Position numbers and translations under genes: made by a program. Shown one piece after another: positions 1-8,088 of a stretch of 35,278 nt of DNA. Source of the DNA: a virus (taxonomy: Duplodnaviria; Caudoviricetes); IMG/VR virus record IMGVR_UViG_3300020519_000013, positions 1 to 35,278 of that record; one strand, 5' to 3'. The notes beneath the pieces are model-generated. The model was not told the DNA's origin. It worked only from the letters and a program-made list of their open reading frames with translations, and searched no databases. How positions within the stretch are numbered: position 1 is the stretch's first letter; each line of letters starts with the position of its first letter.

Positions 1-2559
1 TAAAACTAAAACTGAAGAAAAATGAGTTACTGGATAATCATCGTTTGCAGGTATACTGCTATATGAATATCTTCCTTGAGAAGAAGAAACATTACCATTT
101 TTTACTATAAATACAGATCTAGATGTGCCAGAAGTTCCACCACTTGCCCATCCTATATAGCCATCAACAGTGATAACAATTGTATCTCCAGAAGTGTTTG
201 TAAATCTATCAGTTCCATTGAAAGTTAAACCAATCGATCCTTGAGTATTTGCAGTATCTGATGTAGACCAAGTTACTTTTGTATTTGAAGAAGATGATAT
301 GCTTTGAGTTGAATTGTTATAATAAGCTAAAGTAGAAGAAATAACTGGATCACCGCTGGTTCCACTTGTTCCAGAAGTTCCATTTTGAGGCTCAATTATA
401 ACACCACGAAATGTTAAAACATTTGCGGAAGTCGTTGTTAATGCAAAATAGACAGGTTTAGAAACTTCACCAAAATTACTTGGCTCTGTTGTTGTTGCTG
501 CACCTGCTGTAGTCGCCGATAAGAAATAAACTTGCCCCGGCGTCAATCCACTCAACCCTTCAATCAATCCATCATATACCAATTTAAAAGTATTTGAATT
601 AACAATGGTTCTTACTACTCCTTGAACTTCAGCGTGTTCGGCACTATCAGCTTGTGCTTTATACCATGTAGTTCCATCGAATCTAACAATATCACCGACA
701 ACGAACCCATGACTTGCTTGAGTAAATTCATCAATTAACGCAGTTCCATTGCCAGTATCTATTTGTTTTTTAACAATATTATTCTCAATTACTAACTTAT
801 ATAAATTTTCAGAAGTCGTGGTTGTTGGAAGTTCTGTAAATACTAAATTATTAGAACCGCTATAATATAAAGTTCCTGTAGTTAATGTATCTGAATCTGA
901 AAATTTTGGTATATAATTATTAAGCCCCGAACCATCAATAACCTTTTTACCACTTAATGGAGATAAATTAACAATATTGTTTATATAATCAGAAGATATA
1001 CAAACAGGATCAGAAAACTCCGAAACAGTTTCGTCAGAATTTATAGCTCTTACTTTTACAAAATAATCAGAATCTTCTGTAATTGGAAAAACAAAAGATG
1101 GATTATATAAACTATGAACAAAATCAGCAAATCCAGTAATTCTTCTTGCTAAACAAATACCAGTAAGACTAGAATTTAGATCTAAAAATCCTGAATTATA
1201 ATTTAAAGATGTATTTGTATATCTTGAGTCTGAATAAAAACCAGTATATACATTTCCGCTATATTGACCTCCTGAAGGCAAGAACTGAAAACTATTGCCT
1301 CCAGTATATCTATAATTTAAAAAAATTTCAGAACTTTCCAAATAACCGGAAGGTATTCTTATTTCTGAAATATATTTTAAATCATTGTAACCACTTGAAT
1401 ACAAACCTGTAGGATACGATCCAAAATTATCTACATAAATTGTATGATCTACCCACTGAATACCAGAAGATCCATAATTTTTAAAAACATTTCCTGTTAT
1501 AGAGTACGCGCCCGTTCCTGTTCCACCAGCAATAGAATTTATATTTTCAACAAAGAAATTTTGTACATAATAATCATATTTAGTATTATTTTTTCCGCTT
1601 TGCTCAATAAAAACATGAAATGAACTATCTTGAGACGATTGAATAGCGTCCCAAGACACAAAAGCTTGTAAGTTTAAATCTTTATCGCTATTATTAAAAT
1701 CATAAAAAGCGTAACCAGTTAGATTAGTGATTTTTAATGGAAACGAGTTAGAATCATAAGATAATGGTTTTATTCCCGAAGAAACTACAGCTTCTCCACT
1801 ATTTAAATAATTATAAGGAACAACATGAACAAAATATGGAACTCGCAATGAATTATCAGTAGAAACATTTTGTTGATCTAATGTATTTAAATCAGGTATT
1901 TCAATGTTTGAAATATTAGGATAAAAATAACTTTGATTATATAAAAATTGACCGCTAGCAAAATCAAAATAACTTCCTGTAGTTACATATATATCAACAT
2001 AGTTAATTGCATCAAAATTAGAATAATCTAACGTTAAATTTACATTATTATTAATAGATATATCTGTAATAGAAACATCTACATTACTAAAATCCACTAA
2101 AGCAACACCAGTGCTTTTCAAACCTTTATTATCTGTCGAAACTATATCAATAAAAAAACTATTTAAAGCGCTTATATTTTCTAAACCAGTTATGTTCTCA
2201 AAACTATTATATAAATCTTCTACAGATATATTATATGAAGTAGAAGAGAAAGAATTCGGGCCATTAAACAAAAAATTTCTATTTTTATCGTAAAAAGCAA
2301 CAGAAAAACCAGAAAACCCTTCTTCAATTACCTGATTAGACAAAATATTTTTAGTTATTGGTCTGATAACTTCCCAAGATAAATTAATCTCATTTTCCCT
2401 TAAAACTCCGCTGACAAATGAAATTGATTGATCAAGACCAAATATTGAAGCTGACTGACTATAATCAGCAACAGACAAAGAACTAGTAAAATTAAATTTT
2501 ACATTACTAACAATAAAAGGATCAGCATAAGATACAGAACTATTTGTTAATAAAGGCAT
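1..2559 (-). CDS. Tail fibre / tip-associated protein (FN3-like, fibre module, C1q/TNF-like region); partial, runs off left edge (>=853 aa)
   Basis: Absent from the ORF track. ATG at 2559 (MPLLTNSSVSYADPF...), in frame with segments translated by hand down to base 1 (...SSIPANDDYPVTHFSSVLVL). Contains FN3-like 'YFVKVRAINSDETVSEFSDP', the phage fibre-type motif 'HGFVVGDIVRFDGTTWYKAQADSAEHAEVQGVV...GLTPGQVYFLS' and a GTSGTSGTSG linker. Directly follows the gpJ-like gene and is preceded by GTGTAA. Confidence 0.75.
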   Translation of the reverse strand, partial: MPLLTNSSVSYADPFIVSNVKFNFTSSLSVADYSQSASIFGLDQSISFVSGVLRENEINLSWEVIRPITKNILSNQVIEEGFSGFSVAFYDKNRNFLFNGPNSFSSTSYNISVEDLYNSFENITGLENISALNSFFIDIVSTDNKGLKSTGVALVDFSNVDVSITDISINNNVNLTLDYSNFDAINYVDIYVTTGSYFDFASGQFLYNQSYFYPNISNIEIPDLNTLDQQNVSTDNSLRVPYFVHVVPYNYLNSGEAVVSSGIKPLSYDSNSFPLKITNLTGYAFYDFNNSDKDLNLQAFVSWDAIQSSQDSSFHVFIEQSGKNNTKYDYYVQNFFVENINSIAGGTGTGAYSITGNVFKNYGSSGIQWVDHTIYVDNFGSYPTGLYSSGYNDLKYISEIRIPSGYLESSEIFLNYRYTGGNSFQFLPSGGQYSGNVYTGFYSDSRYTNTSLNYNSGFLDLNSSLTGICLARRITGFADFVHSLYNPSFVFPITEDSDYFVKVRAINSDETVSEFSDPVCISSDYINNIVNLSPLSGKKVIDGSGLNNYIPKFSDSDTLTTGTLYYSGSNNLVFTELPTTTTSENLYKLVIENNIVKKQIDTGNGTALIDEFTQASHGFVVGDIVRFDGTTWYKAQADSAEHAEVQGVVRTIVNSNTFKLVYDGLIEGLSGLTPGQVYFLSATTAGAATTTEPSNFGEVSKPVYFALTTTSANVLTFRGVIIEPQNGTSGTSGTSGDPVISSTLAYYNNSTQSISSSSNTKVTWSTSDTANTQGSIGLTFNGTDRFTNTSGDTIVITVDGYIGWASGGTSGTSRSVFIVKNGNVSSSQGRYSYSSIPANDDYPVTHFSSVLVL

Positions 2560-2567
2560 AAATTATT

Positions 2568-2573
2568 TTACAC
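2568..2573 (-). promoter_or_regulatory. Putative late promoter motif GTGTAA
   Basis: cGTGTAAaataatttATG, 8 nt upstream of ATG 2559. Confidence 0.6.
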
Positions 2574-5500
2574 GTTTATCATTTTATAATTTCTGTCAAA
2601 AGCATAAAAATCAATATCTGTTTTAGCTGTATAAGAACCAATTGATGTTTCTCCAAGAAACACTTTAACAACAAATGCATCTTCTTTCAGTATATTAAAT
2701 TTCATTGTTTTACCGTTTCTATTAATTACACACATTAATCCAAAAGTATCGTAATTCTGTCTATTATTCAAAATCGCAAATAAAAATTTGAAATCTATGT
2801 AAACTTCATCATAAATAGAGTTATTAAACTGATCGTTTAAAACTTCTTTTTCAATTGTAAAACTGTAATCATATTGAGTATTTACAGCCTGAGCAAAACT
2901 AATTGCTCTTGTCTGGCCACTACCATTATTAATCGCTAAACTTACTTCAGTATTTGTGAACAACTGACTGATAAAATTATCTGTAGAAAAAACAATTTGC
3001 TTTTGTTTATCCTGTTGATTATTAACATATTCATTATTTTCAACAATATTAAATTTTTCTTCATCATATTTCATAGCTGTTATAGCGTATTCATTAGAAG
3101 AAACTTCATTTATATTTATTATTCTATATAAATCATGACTTGAGTAATCTTCTTCTAAATAGACTACAAAATTAGCATCTGATCTTAATGCAGCGTATTG
3201 ACCATATTCGTAATCTGGAAATTTTGAAAAACTAAGATTAGAAACTTTACTAAAGTTTTCATATAAAGCAACGACCCCATATAAAGGTTTACCTTTAGTT
3301 CTAGGAATAGAAATACAAACAACAATATCATTTTTAAGAAAATTAACCTCTTTTCCATCATAAGTTATTTTCAAAACATCATTTGATGTTATTGTATCAT
3401 ATGGAGAAGCTAAAGCTGGCTGAACAACACCGTCTAAAATAACAGACAATGAAGCCGTAGTGCCATTTCCTACAATATAAAAACCATAATCAATATCATT
3501 CTGATTAACTGATATGTTATTAATTTCAGATATTCCTACTACAAGGCGATCATTTATAGCAAAAGGACTTTGAAAAATTATTTGACAATTATCTATATAA
3601 CTTTTATTTGTGTAAGCCTTTTTATCCCATCCGTCAGGATTTGAAGCAGACGAAGACATCAAAGTTTTTCCATCATCTGCCGAAGATATCTTTTGAACAA
3701 TATTCCAGTTCATATAAGCAAAAGGCAATATCTTTAGCTTTAAATTTTTGTTATCAACTTCATAAACAGAAAACATCAATTCTATAGGATTATTATTTAT
3801 TAAAGAAAATATTCTTATTAATTTACCCAAACAGTCTTCAGAAACCTCTCTATCTATATATATAGATTTATTAACAACATCTAGTCTTGTCAATTTTCCA
3901 TATATAACCGATGATGTTTTTAATGAATCCGATATGCGAATAATATTTCCGATTTGTAAAATAGACGCTTCAAATCCTGATATAAAATTTACTATTTCTG
4001 ATTCTAGTTTACCAGTCGCTAAATACCATTTACCTATTCTTTGAGCTTCATACTTAGAAGTAACTCCAAAACCTAAAATTTCTTTTTCTACAAGACCTAT
4101 TTGTCTTATTAATTGAGTGTCTTCGACACATATAATTTTATCTTTAAAATTATCATTTTTATCAGAATATTTAACCTTTGCAACACTAAATAAATTATTT
4201 AAATCTCCAGATGAATATGTAAACAAACCATCCTTAATGTTTGAATTCGTAAATATATAAACACTATTTTGCTTAACATCGCTTGTTAAATTAAGCATTC
4301 CATTTTTAAAATAAAACATCCCTCTAAAAATAGATGCTAAATCAGTTAAAGCTTTTAAACCCTCATTTTCACTATTTAAAATTAAATTACAAGAAAAACG
4401 AGGTTCTAGAAAATCTTGATAATCACTATGTTTTGCAACACAATATCCACTTTTAACATTTAAAGATTTTTCAAAAATACGTTTGGACGTGTGATTAATA
4501 GATATCGGCAATGCATCCGAATTATTTGGATTTATACCTGAAGCCGCATTTATAAAAAATGATGCTATTATGTTTTTAATTATATTTTCGACATTAAATG
4601 TTGGAGTATTAGCGATTATTTTCTGTAAAGTTGAAAACAAAACCCCACTAACATCTGATTCTAAAATTTTTCTTGGTCCAAAATCATTACATAAAAATAA
4701 AGTAGCAATATTAGACGAAACTCTAGCTGTTAAAATAACTTTTTTAAAATTTTCATTAATATACTCGCCTGAAGTATTCTTTAAATCATAAATATATAAA
4801 GTATATCCTATTGGATATTTTTCTTGTAGTTGAGCTTCTGTCAATCCTGTAGAAAAAGTTATTGTATTAAATCCAGAATCTCCATAGCTCAAAGAATTTT
4901 CAAAATAAAAATAATCAGGATCATATTTTGTACCAGCATTTGTTTTAACCAGTTCATCACAATATTTAGATATTGATAATAACTGCCATTTATTCAAATC
5001 AGTTTCGTTTAATTTACCTTTCGCCATTCCATAGCGACTATTAATGCAAAGATCATAAAAAATCCATGCTGGATTATTAGTCCATTTTAAAGTTCTGCTA
5101 AAATTACCTGACCAATCTCCATCATATTCCCTTGCTTCACCATCATAGTTTTCTGGAACTTTTATTTTCAAAAGTTTGCAGTCATATGTCCTAGTAGGTA
5201 TATTATTAAAATGTTTTGAACTTACAACGCTTCTACATAAAGCGGAATATGGATAAGAAAATGGATAATCTATTTTTTCTACAACCGAATCAACATAAAC
5301 GTTTCTATTTTGATTGCTAGTATAAGTTATTTTTTCAGATAAACTATAAACATTTACAACAATTTCTGGAAATAAATTAATTTTTTTATCTATCTCCTCG
5401 AAAACTATTTCAAAAGGTAAAACAATTGCTCCTCCTTTAGCAACAAAAGAACCTTGCACATAAAGATAAAAATTTTCTTTTTGCGTTAAATTAGAAACGT

Positions 5501-6134
5501 TTACAATAAGACGCAGATCAGAACATAAAACAGATCCATTTTCTGAAAAATTGTATAAACTTTCAACACCAATATTTAAATTTAAAGAAGTTGCATATTT
5601 ATTTTTTACATAATGCGAAAACGGACGAGAATAGTTTTTAAAAGCTATATATGTCTTTTGATTCGTGTTAGCGTTTTTATCTGTAAAAAAATCATAACTT
5701 ATATTCGGGCAAGCTTTTACAGGAACCGAAGATAATTTAAAATTATTTCTAGATGCCAAAAGAATCGCGCCCAATGAAATATCATAAAGTTTAATTTTAT
5801 AATCATAAATAGCTGTGCTTGTAGATATAGAATTTTTAGATTGATCGCCAGTAGTAAAAGAGATTTTAGAACCAGAAAAATTATATAAATCTGTATTTTT
5901 TTCTCTTATTGGCACATCATTGTAATAAATACCATAACTTAATGTTTGAACATCAGAAGAGTTAGTGTTAATATAATTTACTGTTTGACCATTTGAATCA
6001 ACCAAACCCTCAATTGGTCCTTCTGACACTAAATCTAAAACATCATAAAAAGATTCAGTTTCTAAATTTTGATTTGCATTAGTAAAAGATAAATCAAAAG
6101 CAGCTTGTATTGAAGGCGAAGGTATTATTTTCAT
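2568..6134 (-). CDS. Lambda gpJ-like tail tip / host specificity (central fibre hub) protein
   Basis: gpJ-family motifs 'DLVSEGPIEGL', 'YPYSA', 'KIKVPENYD', 'WTNNPAWIFYDL..NSRYG', 'YCDELV', 'EPRFSCN', 'FTYS' and 'YAITAMKYDEEKF'; position after L-K-I-like genes. Confidence 0.9.
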   Translation of the reverse strand: MKIIPSPSIQAAFDLSFTNANQNLETESFYDVLDLVSEGPIEGLVDSNGQTVNYINTNSSDVQTLSYGIYYNDVPIREKNTDLYNFSGSKISFTTGDQSKNSISTSTAIYDYKIKLYDISLGAILLASRNNFKLSSVPVKACPNISYDFFTDKNANTNQKTYIAFKNYSRPFSHYVKNKYATSLNLNIGVESLYNFSENGSVLCSDLRLIVNVSNLTQKENFYLYVQGSFVAKGGAIVLPFEIVFEEIDKKINLFPEIVVNVYSLSEKITYTSNQNRNVYVDSVVEKIDYPFSYPYSALCRSVVSSKHFNNIPTRTYDCKLLKIKVPENYDGEAREYDGDWSGNFSRTLKWTNNPAWIFYDLCINSRYGMAKGKLNETDLNKWQLLSISKYCDELVKTNAGTKYDPDYFYFENSLSYGDSGFNTITFSTGLTEAQLQEKYPIGYTLYIYDLKNTSGEYINENFKKVILTARVSSNIATLFLCNDFGPRKILESDVSGVLFSTLQKIIANTPTFNVENIIKNIIASFFINAASGINPNNSDALPISINHTSKRIFEKSLNVKSGYCVAKHSDYQDFLEPRFSCNLILNSENEGLKALTDLASIFRGMFYFKNGMLNLTSDVKQNSVYIFTNSNIKDGLFTYSSGDLNNLFSVAKVKYSDKNDNFKDKIICVEDTQLIRQIGLVEKEILGFGVTSKYEAQRIGKWYLATGKLESEIVNFISGFEASILQIGNIIRISDSLKTSSVIYGKLTRLDVVNKSIYIDREVSEDCLGKLIRIFSLINNNPIELMFSVYEVDNKNLKLKILPFAYMNWNIVQKISSADDGKTLMSSSASNPDGWDKKAYTNKSYIDNCQIIFQSPFAINDRLVVGISEINNISVNQNDIDYGFYIVGNGTTASLSVILDGVVQPALASPYDTITSNDVLKITYDGKEVNFLKNDIVVCISIPRTKGKPLYGVVALYENFSKVSNLSFSKFPDYEYGQYAALRSDANFVVYLEEDYSSHDLYRIININEVSSNEYAITAMKYDEEKFNIVENNEYVNNQQDKQKQIVFSTDNFISQLFTNTEVSLAINNGSGQTRAISFAQAVNTQYDYSFTIEKEVLNDQFNNSIYDEVYIDFKFLFAILNNRQNYDTFGLMCVINRNGKTMKFNILKEDAFVVKVFLGETSIGSYTAKTDIDFYAFDRNYKMINV

Positions 6135-6141
6135 AAATATA

Positions 6142-6696
6142 TTAATTTTCTCCTACAATAACATAATCTTTATAATACTCTAATAATTGAGAATTTAAAC
6201 TTGAAGCCGTATAGATTGAAAACGATATATTATTAGATATAACAATAGATCCAACTTTACATCTTCCATATCCTATTGGAACCGCAACATTTCTCATCGT
6301 AACGTTTTCGTAATTACTAAATAATCTAGAAGTTGTTTTGACATCTGTAGGAGATTTTGGTGTTAATAATTTTGTTATTAACATTTGAATTCCAGTACCA
6401 ATTAACATTAAAGCTATACCAATAGCTAATTCAGCGGAACCAAATATAAAAGGAACAACCTCAACTTTAGAATTTTTCTTTAAAATTGGAGAATTCAAAT
6501 ATTCTGGAGGCATAATTTTATCATCTACATAAATAATAAAATAACTTAAATATTCATTAAAAGTTCCTAAAGTTGATATTAATTTACTACTATTTGCCTC
6601 TATAGCTTCAAAAACTTCTAATACAGAAGAAACATTTAAGTTCCATTCTGTTTTTATGAAATCCTCAAAAACACCATGTAATTTAACATTAACCAT
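6142..6696 (-). CDS. Lambda gpI-like tail assembly protein (ubiquitin-like N-terminus)
   Basis: 'VKLHG', 'VEVVPFIFG', a hydrophobic segment, then 'VPIGYGRCKVGSIVIS' typical of gpI; lies between the K-like and J-like genes. Confidence 0.85.
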   Translation of the reverse strand: MVNVKLHGVFEDFIKTEWNLNVSSVLEVFEAIEANSSKLISTLGTFNEYLSYFIIYVDDKIMPPEYLNSPILKKNSKVEVVPFIFGSAELAIGIALMLIGTGIQMLITKLLTPKSPTDVKTTSRLFSNYENVTMRNVAVPIGYGRCKVGSIVISNNISFSIYTASSLNSQLLEYYKDYVIVGEN

Positions 6697-6700
6697 AGAC

Positions 6701-7033
6701 TTATTTACACTTTATTTCTTTAAATTCATCGGTATCTAATATATATAACAACATATTCATACCATGATATTTTTGATAATGAATATCTACATTAGAAAAA
6801 GACGCTTCAGATCTATGATTATGAAATAAATATTTTATTTTATATTTTTGTTTTATATTAAGATAATCTCTAGGAGAAACAACGAAATAATTTATAGAAT
6901 CAGGGTGTTTATTATCTACTGGTACAAAAGACAATTTCCCAGAATCTTCTACAATAAAACCACAGTTTTCAATTGAAGGGTTTTTATTGCAATATGACTT
7001 AATTTGATCTAGCAACTCAGGATTTATTATCAT
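6701..7033 (-). CDS. gpK-like JAB/MPN (JAMM) domain tail assembly protein, without NlpC/P60 domain
   Basis: 'ENCGFI' and 'HNH...S..D' JAMM-like motif. Likely true start is ATG 7033 (MIINPELL); the track start at 7102 overlaps gpL by 86 nt. Confidence 0.8.
   Translation of the reverse strand: MIINPELLDQIKSYCNKNPSIENCGFIVEDSGKLSFVPVDNKHPDSINYFVVSPRDYLNIKQKYKIKYLFHNHRSEASFSNVDIHYQKYHGMNMLLYILDTDEFKEIKCK
6705..6710 (-). promoter_or_regulatory. Putative late promoter motif GTGTAA
   Basis: aGTGTAAataagtctATG, 8 nt upstream of ATG 6696. Confidence 0.6.
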
Positions 7034-8084
7034 ATTGAAATGTCGATGGAAATGCACCAAAAGGTAAAGCTTTATTTGATACTGCATTACTATCTTTAGC
7101 AATATAATCTTGAAATCTTAATAAACAGCCTCTTAAAGTTTTAGAGCATTGATCCTGTTTCCATACATCTGTATTCATATCTGGTTGTTTATTAATAATA
7201 TCATTTTCAATACAAACATAAAAGTTTTTAGATTTGTTTGATAGATTGACGGTTGAAGCATTAGTTCCATTCGTTAACACATTGGGCAAATAATCTAAAT
7301 AAACAAAATCACCAGAATTATAAATCGCAGTTGGAGACCATTGACCACTATATCTCAATGTAGATAAATTATATGAATTATTCGCTAGATTAGTTTTATA
7401 ACTAGATAAAAATGTTTTATCATTTTCATCTGCTATAGGAATACCGACATCATAAGAATTTAAGGATAGAAAATAATTTTTACTCGGTAATGCATTAGGT
7501 GAATATTGAGATATAATTACAACTGGACCTTCATAATCTGAAGTATTTCCATAATTACACCCATAACATCTATAACACCAAGAACAAGTATCGTTTGTTA
7601 TTTTTCTTGCTGGTATGTTTAAATTTTGCAAATCAATTTTTGTTGCTAATTCAATTTCAACATGTTCTTTGTTTTCCAATTTTTTTAAATTTACAATAAA
7701 TTCATCAAAAGCTATATGAGTTTTAAAATTAGAAATACCGAATGGATTTATACCATTTTCAAAATTTTCAGAATCTAAATCTTTAGCCAAAATCTTTTTT
7801 CTATTAAAAGCGTTTCCAATTAAATCAGATCTATCTTTCAAAATATATGAAATATAATTATTTATATTTGCAATTTTTATTGTTGGTTTAGATTGTTTTC
7901 CATTTGAAGAAGATTCTATATTAGACAATTCACATGGTATAAAAATATAAGTTTGACCCTGAAAAATTATATCGCGTGAAAAATTCTTTGAACCATGAAA
8001 TCTTAGATAACCCTCCGTAGCTTCTAACTGTAGTTCAAAAAGGTCTAAAACGACATAATTATCTAATTTGAAAAAAGTATTCAT
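7017..8084 (-). CDS. Lambda gpL-like minor tail (tip) protein with Cys cluster
   Basis: 'LDLFEL', 'FQGQTYIFIP', 'KPTIKIAN', 'IPARKI', Cys motifs 'CSWCYRCYGC' and 'CSKTLRGC..RF', and 'LPFGAFP'. The conserved Cys residues of lambda gpL bind an Fe-S cluster. Confidence 0.9.
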   Translation of the reverse strand: MNTFFKLDNYVVLDLFELQLEATEGYLRFHGSKNFSRDIIFQGQTYIFIPCELSNIESSSNGKQSKPTIKIANINNYISYILKDRSDLIGNAFNRKKILAKDLDSENFENGINPFGISNFKTHIAFDEFIVNLKKLENKEHVEIELATKIDLQNLNIPARKITNDTCSWCYRCYGCNYGNTSDYEGPVVIISQYSPNALPSKNYFLSLNSYDVGIPIADENDKTFLSSYKTNLANNSYNLSTLRYSGQWSPTAIYNSGDFVYLDYLPNVLTNGTNASTVNLSNKSKNFYVCIENDIINKQPDMNTDVWKQDQCSKTLRGCLLRFQDYIAKDSNAVSNKALPFGAFPSTFQYDNKS

Positions 8085-8088
8085 AAAG

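Noticed and set aside
6142-7033. Ubiquitin-like conjugation defence system (Bil/CBASS-type)
   Set aside because: No E1 or E2 genes; the Ubl and JAB pair sits in the canonical L-K-I-J tail order.
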